Virus record (IMG/VR): IMGVR_UViG_3300030110_002923
Location: 1 to 51,464 of that record
Strand: one strand, 5' to 3'
Source of the DNA: a virus
Taxonomy: Duplodnaviria > Caudoviricetes
Length of the DNA stretch: 51,464 bases
The notes under the pieces are model-generated. The model ran no database searches, was not told the origin of the DNA, and saw only the letters and a list, made by a program, of their open reading frames with translations. The position numbers and the translations under genes were made by a program. Positions within the stretch are counted from its first letter, which is position 1; each line of letters opens with the position of its first letter. This document shows, piece by piece, positions 19,201 through 28,041 of the stretch.

Positions 19201-22200
19201 TGTATTTTCAGCCAAATCAAATGGTCTAATCATATAGCCAGCTCTGTAATTTAATCTTTCTACTCTATGTTTAATTGCTGACTCTGTATTACCTGAAGTA
19301 CTTAAAGTTCTATACGCTGCGTCATGTAAACTCCACCAGGTTTTAGAATAATGGCCACCACCTTGTTCTCCATCTGTAAATATTTCTCCATCTAATGGTT
19401 CTTCTTGATTAAATGCAAAATGATAATGTTGGTACTTTATTCCACTTCTAGTCCCTACTGCACCAGTTGAATCATAATAATTAAATGTAAAAGGGTATAC
19501 ATCTGCAGCTGAGCTATCTTTTGCAGCATCATATGCTGTAGTTATAATAATTTGGTCGTCATCTAATATTTGAGTAATAGTTCCAGTGCCTAAACCTCCT
19601 ATATATACTAAATCTCCAGGTTTTAATCCTTTTGTACTAGGAATTTCTACCTTTGTTCCTGAAGTAGCTGTTCCAGAAACTAATTCATGAGCATCTATAA
19701 AACTATTTTCAACTTGTATAACACCTGCTGCTGCTGATATTTTTTTATCTCCAAAATGCACATCAGAACATATAAATAAAACTTTTTCTGCTTTCATATT
19801 TTCAGGAGCTCTACCAGGAACTCCTTTAAAATAACTACTTGCTCTACCAGTAACGCAACCCCAATCTTTAACCCAAGGTATGTCAGAACCTCCTATTAAA
19901 CCTACAGCATGAGAACAGACTTGTTCATGTTCGTAGCCATATGGACCTACATTCTGAGCACTTGCATCTCCAGTATGAGTTACCGTTCCTGTCAATGATT
20001 GATTACTGCAAGTAACTAAACCTGTTCCGTCTATAACTCCATCGCAATTATTATCAGCCATTCCTACTAATCCATATTTAGCAACTCTTATAGATGCTAA
20101 CTTTCCTCCTTCTCCTTCCCAGCTAACATTGCTGCCAAAGTCATAATTAGGTGCAAGTAGATTAATGTTTGTGACTACACCTGTATCAGGATTAGTATAT
20201 GGAAAACTTCCATCTATATCTGCTTCACTTGTATAATCATCTTCACTTGTTCTGACACTATAATTGTAAAATTTTTCTCTTTTATATCCTACTGAATGAG
20301 AGCCTCCATGCCTTACTCCTCTATATAAAGAATGTTTTTGAAGTAAATCTGTGTCAAAATCCCCCATATCAGAGCCACTGTCATAGCTAGAAGAAGTAGT
20401 CCACAATCCTGGCCCACAGTGAAACATATGGTCATTTTCAAACGAACTTTTTATCCATCTAGTTCTTTTAGGAAAAGTAACTCCTGTAGGAGGAGTTCTG
20501 TCACCAAAATTTATAGTGCTTGATGCATCTGTGTTTGTACTGTTGCTTAAACCACAAAATAAAAATCTATCACCTGATGTAAAAGTTTCATCACTCGCAG
20601 GTCTAAACTGAATCCACAATCTTGTATCAAAATGGTCTAAATCTTGTTGACCTGTAGCATCATAATCAAAATCTTTTGTAGTACCTTTTGTTTCTATTAT
20701 ATCAGATATCATCCCTTTAGGAGCAATTGTAGGTGTACTTTCAGAAGCTAATGATTCATACACAGCAGTATCACCTCCAATATTTCCATTTATATTATCA
20801 TTTGACCATTTATAAGATTTGTATTCTGGAGTTATTGTTGCAATTCCTGTTAAAACTTCCTTGCTCCATTTGTTATAAGCTAATTCTATATTTACAACTC
20901 TTATTTCTCCAGATAAAGTTAAAATATATACCCTTCCCCCGCCAATACCATTAGATGTATCTTTGTTATAGCAAGTAGCTATTGATGTAGGTACATACGC
21001 TAAAGGTAGTGATTTTTCTATCATCCCCCTAACATATACTGTTGATACAGTACTAGCATCTGTATATACATCATCTGGTATAATTCTATATAAGTGAGAA
21101 TCGCCATCTCTTATTCCATAGTAATAATAAGGTCTGTAAGATATCTTATTACCAGCAGGTCCACTGCCTGGGTCTTTGTCTAAAGTATCAATTCTTTTAC
21201 ATTCAAATGAATTAGTAGCACTTGCATCAGTAATTACCCATACTCCATTTCCATCCCAACTATTATCTGTATCCAACCATTCTCTTACAACTATATTATT
21301 ACCATTTGACAAACCATGTCTAGTGTGAGTTATAGTTAGCACGTCACTAGATAAACTGCAAGTTAGATTCTCATGTTCTCCAGCTAATGCTATTTTAGAC
21401 ATTGATGTTAATCCAACACTATCATAAGAATGTACAGTGTCTTCATCTTGATATAAAACATTATCATTACTAATGCCAAATGTCTTGTGATTTAAGTAAC
21501 CTAGCCATTGTGGAGAAGTATCGTCAGAACCTGAGCCAAACCCAACATGAACTTCTCTATTCCTAGAAATAAAGCTAGCTTTTCCATCTCTAGATATAAT
21601 TTCAGAAGATGCATAAACAGATTTTTCTATATCATCTTCTATTGAAAATGGAAGAGAGTTGTTTTGGTTATAGTTCTTTATAGTTTTTAATCTTTTTTCT
21701 TTACTGTCAAATAATACTAATTCTTTATTTCCAGAGTTATCTATAACTCCCATTGACTCTACTTTAGATGAATTATTTACAACAGATATATGATTTACTT
21801 CTGATAAATCAGTTAAATCTATACCTATTTGTGTTCCATCTGCTCCTCTAGATGTGAACTCTATTGTTAAATCAGTATTTAAATCAATGTTTTTTGGCAA
21901 GATAATAGGCAGTTGAAACATTCTCCATGTTGTATCTAATCCTGAATCTGATATAGTGTCATCAGCATTAAACGCAGAATCAGTATTAGGCTTTTCTATG
22001 TCTTTAAAATTTATCCATCTATTTTCTTGCATTACATTCTGTGGGTTAGTTACATACCCCATATTAGCATCTGAACTACTTGATTTCCAATTACCACTTT
22101 TTTCTATATATCCGCCATTTATTTGTACAGAAACAGCTCCGTGTCCTACAACAGAACCATTATATAAATCTTTTGCGTGAAAGGTTAAGTTGTAAAATTG

Positions 22201-24216
22201 TCCTGATTTTAAATTGTCTTTTGATATGCTTTGACTTATTAAAGGATTAATACTTTTATGTACATCATCAGATGCGCTATGTGCTGCTATAGTACTTCCT
22301 AAAAAGCCTCTTTCTACAAATATTTTATTATTAGTCATAGATAGTACTTTCATATATTCACTATTGACTTTTAGTATATCATTAACTGCTATTTTAGATA
22401 AATCTCCTGCTGGTATAAAGTTATCATCTATTGTAACTGCTGTGCTTAAATTTAAAGTAGTATCTTTATACTCTGCTTCTATTCTTACATATGCATCATC
22501 TGTGCTAAAAGGGTAGTATGACGCTGCATTATCTGCGCCATGGTCTGCAGTAGTATCTTCCCAATAACCTCCAGTATTTACTCTTGCAATTAAACTAGTT
22601 CCTGCAGTAGTATAAAGATTGTTCATACTAGCAGATTCTCCTCCACCAGCATCTGAATAAGAATATCTTTTAGATGCCCAATTGTTGACTACATAAGACA
22701 AACCACTACCTACATTTACAGTGGGATTAACCTCGTCAGATGCGTGATGAAATGTATGATTCTTAATAAGATTAGCTTCTATGTATACTGTGTCTGCAGT
22801 TTCAGTATCATCTGTAGGAGCAGTATCTAATGTCCAAGTCCAATCAGCATTACTATCTGTTCTTTCACTCTTTAATATTTTAAATGATTTGCCATTATTA
22901 GGCTCGTCTTCACCATCTGCTCCATAATAAAAGTTTACAATATCGCCTTCGTTGAATGCAAGTGTATTACCGCCACCTAAATTATTAAACGATACAGTTT
23001 TCGCAGAATTAGAAAATGTAATAGTTTGAGTACTTGCACTAGTATCTATTACACCTAAATTCTCTTTATCATTAGCTGTACCTGCTTTGTTTATCCAGTT
23101 ACCATTACCACCTATATTATTACTAGAGTAATCGCTCCAATTGTATAAAGATACTATTGCTCTTTGAGTTCTTAATTGTCGTCCATCAATAGTTATCCTA
23201 TTAGCCCAAAGCTGGTAAGATGTTGAAGTTGTGTATGATTTTAAAGAAGTTCCAAACACATTTCTTTTTACATATATAAGTTTATTTGTTTCATCTATAC
23301 TTGTCACTTTCATAAATTCGTCTGCAGACGCATCTAGAGTTGTAGTTGGTAGGGCTAAAAAATCTCCTTCATTAACATACTCGTTTAATCCTTTTTGAAG
23401 ATAAGTCAAAGTACATATATCTGCAGCAGTACTAACAGCAATTTTTCCAGCAAATCCATTAGCATGTTCTATTCCAATTTCTATTTCAGCAGCTATTTCA
23501 TCATCTGTATCGTGACTTGTTGCAGTAGGACAAAATATTTGCACTTGGTCACTTCCGTCTACTGTGCCAGTTGTTCCAGAAGAATTTTTTATTATAAATG
23601 TTTTAGTAGTATTATCAGGAGTTGTTATAATAATAGTTTTATTTGCTAATGTAGAAGGGTCGTCTGTATCTACTTGTATAGTAGCTGTACCATCTGTAAA
23701 TCCTGATATAGTTGTATTACCTGCTGCTGCATTGCCTCCAATAGCATTAGTCTGTGTTAAATAAGGTATTGTATCTTGAGTAGCCGTAACTGCAGATGTA
23801 GGTGTAAAAGAAGCGCTTAATGAAGCTGACATTGTAATACGCTCCCACCAAGGAGATACTCCTAATATTTTCAATCTTTCTTTTCTGCCTTTGCTTCCTA
23901 TAAAAGCTAAATCCGAAGTTTCATATCCAGTATCAAATATGTTTATATCGGGCAATATAACAGAAGACCTGTTATAATTAGCACTAGCTTCATGTTGATT
24001 TGTAGAACCCCAGTTTACTGGGTATAAAGAGTTGGTCAATTTATTATCAGTAGATGCAATCATCTTGTCATTTTTAATTGCATCAAGAGTACCATTTTCT
24101 GACATAGGGTCTATATTAAGAGAAAACGAAGCTGTATCATCTGATATATCTCTTTCAGATGCATTATGTATCGTTCCTGATTGAAAAGCCTTTATCTCTT
24201 TAAGTTTTCTTGGCAT
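16276..24216 (-). CDS. Large tail protein (nozzle/stabilisation-like termini with a large inserted beta-rich region)
   Basis: N-terminal F.SG...ERDI...NID and C-terminal beta-propeller-like region (GVGCLSKDS, WLSKKM, KGRWIQFKL). Thr/Ser/Asp-rich middle with repeated modules. Confidence 0.65.
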   Translation of the reverse strand: MPRKLKEIKAFQSGTIHNASERDISDDTASFSLNIDPMSENGTLDAIKNDKMIASTDNKLTNSLYPVNWGSTNQHEASANYNRSSVILPDINIFDTGYETSDLAFIGSKGRKERLKILGVSPWWERITMSASLSASFTPTSAVTATQDTIPYLTQTNAIGGNAAAGNTTISGFTDGTATIQVDTDDPSTLANKTIIITTPDNTTKTFIIKNSSGTTGTVDGSDQVQIFCPTATSHDTDDEIAAEIEIGIEHANGFAGKIAVSTAADICTLTYLQKGLNEYVNEGDFLALPTTTLDASADEFMKVTSIDETNKLIYVKRNVFGTSLKSYTTSTSYQLWANRITIDGRQLRTQRAIVSLYNWSDYSSNNIGGNGNWINKAGTANDKENLGVIDTSASTQTITFSNSAKTVSFNNLGGGNTLAFNEGDIVNFYYGADGEDEPNNGKSFKILKSERTDSNADWTWTLDTAPTDDTETADTVYIEANLIKNHTFHHASDEVNPTVNVGSGLSYVVNNWASKRYSYSDAGGGESASMNNLYTTAGTSLIARVNTGGYWEDTTADHGADNAASYYPFSTDDAYVRIEAEYKDTTLNLSTAVTIDDNFIPAGDLSKIAVNDILKVNSEYMKVLSMTNNKIFVERGFLGSTIAAHSASDDVHKSINPLISQSISKDNLKSGQFYNLTFHAKDLYNGSVVGHGAVSVQINGGYIEKSGNWKSSSSDANMGYVTNPQNVMQENRWINFKDIEKPNTDSAFNADDTISDSGLDTTWRMFQLPIILPKNIDLNTDLTIEFTSRGADGTQIGIDLTDLSEVNHISVVNNSSKVESMGVIDNSGNKELVLFDSKEKRLKTIKNYNQNNSLPFSIEDDIEKSVYASSEIISRDGKASFISRNREVHVGFGSGSDDTSPQWLGYLNHKTFGISNDNVLYQDEDTVHSYDSVGLTSMSKIALAGEHENLTCSLSSDVLTITHTRHGLSNGNNIVVREWLDTDNSWDGNGVWVITDASATNSFECKRIDTLDKDPGSGPAGNKISYRPYYYYGIRDGDSHLYRIIPDDVYTDASTVSTVYVRGMIEKSLPLAYVPTSIATCYNKDTSNGIGGGRVYILTLSGEIRVVNIELAYNKWSKEVLTGIATITPEYKSYKWSNDNINGNIGGDTAVYESLASESTPTIAPKGMISDIIETKGTTKDFDYDATGQQDLDHFDTRLWIQFRPASDETFTSGDRFLFCGLSNSTNTDASSTINFGDRTPPTGVTFPKRTRWIKSSFENDHMFHCGPGLWTTSSSYDSGSDMGDFDTDLLQKHSLYRGVRHGGSHSVGYKREKFYNYSVRTSEDDYTSEADIDGSFPYTNPDTGVVTNINLLAPNYDFGSNVSWEGEGGKLASIRVAKYGLVGMADNNCDGVIDGTGLVTCSNQSLTGTVTHTGDASAQNVGPYGYEHEQVCSHAVGLIGGSDIPWVKDWGCVTGRASSYFKGVPGRAPENMKAEKVLFICSDVHFGDKKISAAAGVIQVENSFIDAHELVSGTATSGTKVEIPSTKGLKPGDLVYIGGLGTGTITQILDDDQIIITTAYDAAKDSSAADVYPFTFNYYDSTGAVGTRSGIKYQHYHFAFNQEEPLDGEIFTDGEQGGGHYSKTWWSLHDAAYRTLSTSGNTESAIKHRVERLNYRAGYMIRPFDLAENTFEDLIIGRGTYIDSPVRPNPIYHVENGSATHNNQGGNVNNQFASKIFITSPMEETQDESNKSRLYVCDPTLEYPDVLSQEVKNSYKRGSSATLTTNEFNEQYTSFEPILSGKITSYITSQATTTNVHKNAANCPVIEITGSECELHGKNKFIEMGGVENGFSGQMITIVDAVTGTMQTRQILSSVVSTTLFLGVHFPFGHAPANDDFFYIWSHRNACTSPLRLFKEKELDYSFNLDGDNTVALKADPTLGAPIYKSTGAIASTSGSGTVLTVTTSAIHNLSTNDVIEVSGSSSYNDVFKVTVTDPKKFTFSHTGTANETGTWTLVELGNNDSSVSNPVKVDSAQPLILSTFGGLDMRKTKSYVGRDGNPGIDAAVSSGEARVYLDANHLMANGDTVTINAGEGTLDGIYKIQDVTGVQFDVLNANSTDDNADDIPVTTNQWENIVMSTSGVGAAAEIRAGFNAWDTGQSQGNVIRTDNDTASAANKYLNSTDAAVKISSPSLGDETGDYFLKNNRYDYKISLMYDGYQEGPLSNSTWSFRDTDKTRKALNIEISVLNYSRRLTAVCLYRRDNSNDFFRLVEQITTISGWNYDGTVYKRTIEDRGPVQASYNARTGRSEVLDTIKLKYGISAEIDGFLFAGDCSHENIDNAENQIFRSKPGQFSVFDYAFDFLQLKSKPTALVNFGGRLYAFDNVNTYRINQRSMSIEDIYEGVGCLSKDSLIVTEYGMFFADKNGAYFHDGNSPKKISGAIEQGGDTDNEWGGTDNIKDISWQSVVGNELSKIPYVSYDSASSSVLFFVSHIDYDSNTALTKEKEFCWSYNLGKNRWDLWEVGEDVSVGVPLIADKGAVLIPINNALYEFKGGNTKRDYTWLSKKMTMEEDSILKVYNKVKINGIQDDLNLGGSYKESSDRLLVKTSEGDISSSDVTYKSKPGNHSEYRLKSTNKKGRWIQFKLEDMTKPIDSIGIIYRRKSTK

Positions 24217-24234
24217 TTTTCTCCTTTACTACCC

Positions 24235-24263
24235 ATTTTATATTAGACAAAGTACTTGTCCAA
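24235..24263 (-). promoter_or_regulatory. Putative sigma70-like promoter for tail genes
   Basis: Minus strand TTGGAC-17-TAAAAT, then AAGGAG RBS before 24216. Confidence 0.4.
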
Positions 24264-24282
24264 TAATCTTCTGGTACTATTA

Positions 24283-25068
24283 TTATTTGTTCCCGTCTAG
24301 TAGTTTTCCCCATACTGCTGCTTTCCCATCTATTATTTGTACTATATCTACGGTAAATTTACCGCCCTTATAAAAATCTACTATCGCAAAAGCATGTGCC
24401 CATTTATGCTGTCTTCCACCCAGCCATGCGTTCTTTTCTGAACTCATATCCTTTAAGCATCCTAACGACCATGCTGACTTAGGTCCATCCATAAAAGTCA
24501 CACTATCTTGCTGCAGGGAATGATGATGGCCGTATATTATATTGGCACCTAATTTTCTAAGATGATTCGCTGCGTGGTATTGACCACCAAAATGATGCCC
24601 GTGATAAAAATAGAGCTTTCCTATTTTAAGATACTCACCTGGTGGGTGATATTTGTATCCTCGTTCCTTGAACTTACATGCTTGTTCAAAACGATATCCC
24701 TTTAAGTAAGGATGCTCTTCTACGAATCTATCTAACCATTCATCGTGATTCCCTGCACAAATGTGTCTTTCTTTACATTTGACTTTGTCTAAAGACTTGT
24801 CAATTTCATCTAATAAAGCATTCACTCCCGCTATGTCTTTATCTACTTTAGGCATAATGTACTCTAATGGTGGTTTTTTCTTACGTTTCCATTGCCAATG
24901 CGATACACTACCAAACTCACCTAAATCGCCCAAATCAACGTATATTTCGGGCTTTACGAGCTCTATAGCCTGTTTGACTACATTTATAGCTGCCTTATCG
25001 TGTATAGGCGCATGCTTATCTGGAGTTACTATAGCTCGCTTTAGCACTCCGCTTTTAGTTTTTTTCAT
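24283..25068 (-). CDS. Calcineurin-like metallophosphoesterase
   Basis: TPDKH, DLGD, GNHD, HGH and GHHH motifs. Confidence 0.9.
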   Translation of the reverse strand: MKKTKSGVLKRAIVTPDKHAPIHDKAAINVVKQAIELVKPEIYVDLGDLGEFGSVSHWQWKRKKKPPLEYIMPKVDKDIAGVNALLDEIDKSLDKVKCKERHICAGNHDEWLDRFVEEHPYLKGYRFEQACKFKERGYKYHPPGEYLKIGKLYFYHGHHFGGQYHAANHLRKLGANIIYGHHHSLQQDSVTFMDGPKSAWSLGCLKDMSSEKNAWLGGRQHKWAHAFAIVDFYKGGKFTVDIVQIIDGKAAVWGKLLDGNK

Positions 25069-25082
25069 ATATCAAAAAACTC

Positions 25083-25430
25083 CTAGTTAAATTTAGAACG
25101 AGGAACATAACCCCAATCTTCGGGGTTAGTCCATAATCCTTTCGCTAACTGAAGATATTTCTCAGTTATTTCTTCTTTAAATCGAAGAATTGTATGCTCG
25201 CAGACATCGCATTCCCAAAACAATATGCCATCATAAGCTCCTATAATTTCAACTCCTAATACTTCTGGAGATTCACATTTAGGACATGAAGATGGTTTTT
25301 GTTTGCAAACATGCTTTGAATTTCCGCCAGACAAATCAAGCAAGTTCTCTACTAATTTGCCATCAGTAGATATAACATCCTCGAGCATAACTAGTCTAGT
25401 ACTATCTTTAGATAAACCAGGTTTAAGCAT
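25083..25430 (-). CDS. Zn-ribbon protein
   Basis: CPKC...WECDVC. Confidence 0.7.
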   Translation of the reverse strand: MLKPGLSKDSTRLVMLEDVISTDGKLVENLLDLSGGNSKHVCKQKPSSCPKCESPEVLGVEIIGAYDGILFWECDVCEHTILRFKEEITEKYLQLAKGLWTNPEDWGYVPRSKFN

Positions 25431-25584
25431 TTTCCTCTAAAGCTTTGCTTACTTCTGCCCAGATTTTATCATCTAAGTCATTAGAACTTCTTTTGACTAA
25501 CCAGTCTCCAAGTTTCATGACTATAGCTATTAATACTTTTTCACTAAGTAACTTAGTTGCAATTGCTCCTAATAATTTACCCAT
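25423..25584 (-). CDS. Small amphipathic protein (possible lysis accessory)
   Basis: MGKLLGAIATKLLSEK...SNDLDDKIWAEV. AGGAGA RBS favours the start at 25584 over 25629. Confidence 0.6.
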   Translation of the reverse strand: MGKLLGAIATKLLSEKVLIAIVMKLGDWLVKRSSNDLDDKIWAEVSKALEENA

Positions 25585-25783
25585 TCTTTCTCCTAGTTGG
25601 TTTTTCCACTTTCTTTGCTTTGCATCCACAATCCATACAAACCCAATCAGCTCTTGGATGTGAATTCTTTTCTAACTTTTTAATTCTTTTCTCATGGTTT
25701 TTTGCAATACGTTTGTCATCAGCTTCTTCAATTGCTTGCATTATTTTTCCTATAATTGCCTTTACTATAATTGCTTGTATCAT
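25577..25783 (-). CDS. Small hypothetical protein
   Basis: Hydrophobic N-terminus, short coiled coil, CMDC; overlaps its neighbours. Confidence 0.6.
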   Translation of the reverse strand: MIQAIIVKAIIGKIMQAIEEADDKRIAKNHEKRIKKLEKNSHPRADWVCMDCGCKAKKVEKPTRRKNG

Positions 25784-25869
25784 TTGTCATCCTTATAGAG
25801 CATATATCCTAAGCAGAATGTTGTCATAAAACCTGCCATAAAATATAATAAGTCTCTAAAGTGTTCCAT
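25780..25869 (-). CDS. 29-aa hydrophobic peptide (not in ORF track)
   Basis: MEHFRDLLYFMAGFMTTFCLGYMLYKDDK*; exactly fills the gap, with TGATG and ATGA coupling at the two ends. Confidence 0.6.
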   Translation of the reverse strand: MEHFRDLLYFMAGFMTTFCLGYMLYKDDK

Positions 25870-26081
25870 CATTGAAGAACGCCTATTAAACTAATTGCTA
25901 TTGTTAACAATGAAAATAATGTCAAGCCTACTGTTTTTAACTTTACTATATCATTTTCAGCTTTATTTAGCCTTCCATTAACTCTTTCTAAATGTTCAAA
26001 ATTTGCATTAACCTTCTCTTTAATATAACTAAGGTGCGTCATTACCGCACCTCTATACTCATCAGTATTTTTTGTTTTCAT
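25869..26081 (-). CDS. Small membrane protein (coiled coil + C-terminal TM; holin-like candidate)
   Basis: HLERVNGRLNKAE coiled coil, then hydrophobic VGLTLFSLLTIAISLIGVL. Confidence 0.6.
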   Translation of the reverse strand: MKTKNTDEYRGAVMTHLSYIKEKVNANFEHLERVNGRLNKAENDIVKLKTVGLTLFSLLTIAISLIGVLQ

Positions 26082-26370
26082 TTTTTTCCTGCATTCTTAA
26101 AAATTTATCTCTTAACCCATTGCCCGACAGTTTTGCAATTACTTCAACAAGAGTTCTATAACTTTGTTCAATTCCTTTTTGCTCTAGTTGCATCTTTTTT
26201 TGCTGGTCTATAAGCTTAACAATAATGCCTTCAACTCTTGTAAATGACTCTCTTAATTCTTTTTGAAGCTCGTCTTGTATAAACTTGTTCTGCTTTTGAA
26301 TAAACATCCAAAATGCAACTGCTACTACCAAAGGAACTCCATATCTTTCTAATAACTCTATCCAATCCAA
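26062..26370 (-). CDS. Putative holin-like protein (N-terminal TM + coiled coil)
   Basis: YGVPLVVAVAFWMFI TM followed by a coiled coil (BhlA/UviB-like architecture). Confidence 0.55.
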   Translation of the reverse strand: MDWIELLERYGVPLVVAVAFWMFIQKQNKFIQDELQKELRESFTRVEGIIVKLIDQQKKMQLEQKGIEQSYRTLVEVIAKLSGNGLRDKFLRMQEKNENKKY

Positions 26371-26386
26371 TGCTAACTCCTATTAA

Positions 26387-26785
26387 CTAAAAATCTTGAG
26401 GTCTAATAAATCCTGTTGATTGATAGTTACTTCTTGCAAACTTCTTTGCTCTTTTTAAAACTTTGAAAAATTCATTCTCAAAATAACTAGCCATTTCAGG
26501 CTCTAGGTGTCTAGGGTCTTTATACCCTATAGCTATAGCTTTATTTACTACACCTTCATGAAACCTTGAAGGTATATTAGAATAAGTACCTGTCATTGCA
26601 TTAGTAGACAAATCATCATCTAAATAAGAACCTCTAATTCTAACAGCATCAGTCATAGTTAATTGAATAGTCTTATATTCAGAAGACCAACCATTTCTAG
26701 TAACTGACCCTTTTTCAACAAAAGCTATTTGCTCACTGCCTACATAACTATCTATAAAATAAAAATATTCTTTTCTATCTGCCAT
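26387..26785 (-). CDS. Putative head-tail adaptor protein (C-terminal-type half)
   Basis: IPSRFHEGVVNKAIA motif typical of podovirus adaptors. Confidence 0.55.
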   Translation of the reverse strand: MADRKEYFYFIDSYVGSEQIAFVEKGSVTRNGWSSEYKTIQLTMTDAVRIRGSYLDDDLSTNAMTGTYSNIPSRFHEGVVNKAIAIGYKDPRHLEPEMASYFENEFFKVLKRAKKFARSNYQSTGFIRPQDF

Positions 26786-26787
26786 AT

Positions 26788-27051
26788 TTAACTCTCATCA
26801 TTTATTTTTGGATTGCCTTGCAATCTGCCTATTTTAACATCATCGACATATACTTCTTCTATTTTTAATAAACCAGTAGGAAGAGCATACCACCTATGGT
26901 CAGCTGTAGTAGACATTGTAGCTGTTTTTTTAAAAATATCAGTTTCTTCACAAAATTCATCTTTTGCTCTGTTTAAAAGTTTTATAGCTTCAGTCTCTCC
27001 TATATGAGGATGATGTTGTTGTATTAATTCTATCATTTCTTTAGTAGTCAT
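26788..27051 (-). CDS. Putative head-tail adaptor protein (N-terminal-type half)
   Basis: MTTKEMIE...LLNRAKDEFC...YALPTGLLKIEEV. Confidence 0.55.
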   Translation of the reverse strand: MTTKEMIELIQQHHPHIGETEAIKLLNRAKDEFCEETDIFKKTATMSTTADHRWYALPTGLLKIEEVYVDDVKIGRLQGNPKINDES

Positions 27052-27722
27052 TATTCTCCTCTAGGTGTTGCTTCAGGCTGTTTAAACCTATTTATTTCTA
27101 CTGTATATAAAGCTCCTAATGATTGTATTTGTCCGTTAATCATAGCTTGCATTTCTTGGTCTTCTTCATCTTGAACAAAATCGCTTATGTAAGATTGCAA
27201 TATGTTTATACTAGCTTTTAATACTACTGCTTGATGCGCTTCTGCTGGAAATCCAGTAATAGCAGTTGACCCAGCTTGGTCACTTGTCAAATAAGCAAAA
27301 TAATAAACTTTCACATCTTCATGCACAATAGGCTCAGGAAGTATTGTTAAAGCTGTATTCCCTGCATCTGTTATATATGCATAAACAGGTGTATGCTTTG
27401 TAGCATAATAAATACTAGCAGAATCTTTGGCTTTTTCAAAATCTTGTATAGATACAGCTCTGCATTCCCTTGCTAACCTAGGACTAGAATCATCTAATCT
27501 TGTGACAAGTAAAACCTTTTTACCTTCTACTGTTGTCCAAGTAGTAGTGCTTTCATCTAAGTCCTGAGGATTTACTGCATATTTTAACAATAATTCAGCA
27601 GGTAGCATATCAGCTATTTCATTTATAGCTGCGTTTATCAAATCTGCTTTACTATTTGCTGGTATAGAGCTATAATCACTGCCTATTAAGTCGGTTATTC
27701 TATTACCTATAGTTGCTGCCAT
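27051..27722 (-). CDS. Putative head-tail adaptor protein
   Basis: LINAAINEI...TILPEP...FPAEAHQAVVLKA adaptor-like pattern; lies downstream of the capsid genes. Confidence 0.55.
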   Translation of the reverse strand: MAATIGNRITDLIGSDYSSIPANSKADLINAAINEIADMLPAELLLKYAVNPQDLDESTTTWTTVEGKKVLLVTRLDDSSPRLARECRAVSIQDFEKAKDSASIYYATKHTPVYAYITDAGNTALTILPEPIVHEDVKVYYFAYLTSDQAGSTAITGFPAEAHQAVVLKASINILQSYISDFVQDEEDQEMQAMINGQIQSLGALYTVEINRFKQPEATPRGE

Positions 27723-27841
27723 TATTTACCTTTTTTCTTTAAATTTAGCCTTCTACGAGTAGTAGGCTTAACATTACTATTCCAGGGATTTCCTGGGCTT
27801 GTGCTAAATATATTAGCTAATCTTTTCTTTTTAATTGACAC
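27722..27841 (-). CDS. 39-aa basic peptide (not in ORF track)
   Basis: GTG start; MSIKKKRLANIFSTSPGNPWNSNVKPTTRRRLNLKKKGK*; stop overlaps the next ATG. Confidence 0.55.
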   Translation of the reverse strand: MSIKKKRLANIFSTSPGNPWNSNVKPTTRRRLNLKKKGK

Positions 27842-27844
27842 TAA

Positions 27845-28024
27845 CTATCTACTAGTTCTAGCTACTCTTCTATCTTCAGTTTTAGTAGCTTTAGCTGACT
27901 TACCTCTACCCTTAGATTTATTTGTCATTACTTTCATGCCCTTTCTATCTCTAGATGGCAATCCAGTTGCTGTATCAGTAGTAAAGTTTGACATTGTCAT
28001 TTTTATCATTTTAAATATATCCAT
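27845..28024 (-). CDS. Small basic protein
   Basis: AGAGGA RBS before MDIFK...; K/R-rich C-terminus. Confidence 0.5.
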   Translation of the reverse strand: MDIFKMIKMTMSNFTTDTATGLPSRDRKGMKVMTNKSKGRGKSAKATKTEDRRVARTSR

Positions 28025-28041
28025 ACTTATTTCCTCTCTTA

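Noticed and set aside
17990-21340. HxLxxGDxVxI motifs in the tail protein that may hit the 'E1 FCCH' profile and suggest a link to the Ubl system
   Set aside because: These small beta-barrel repeats are common in phage tail proteins, and there are no adenylation motifs here.
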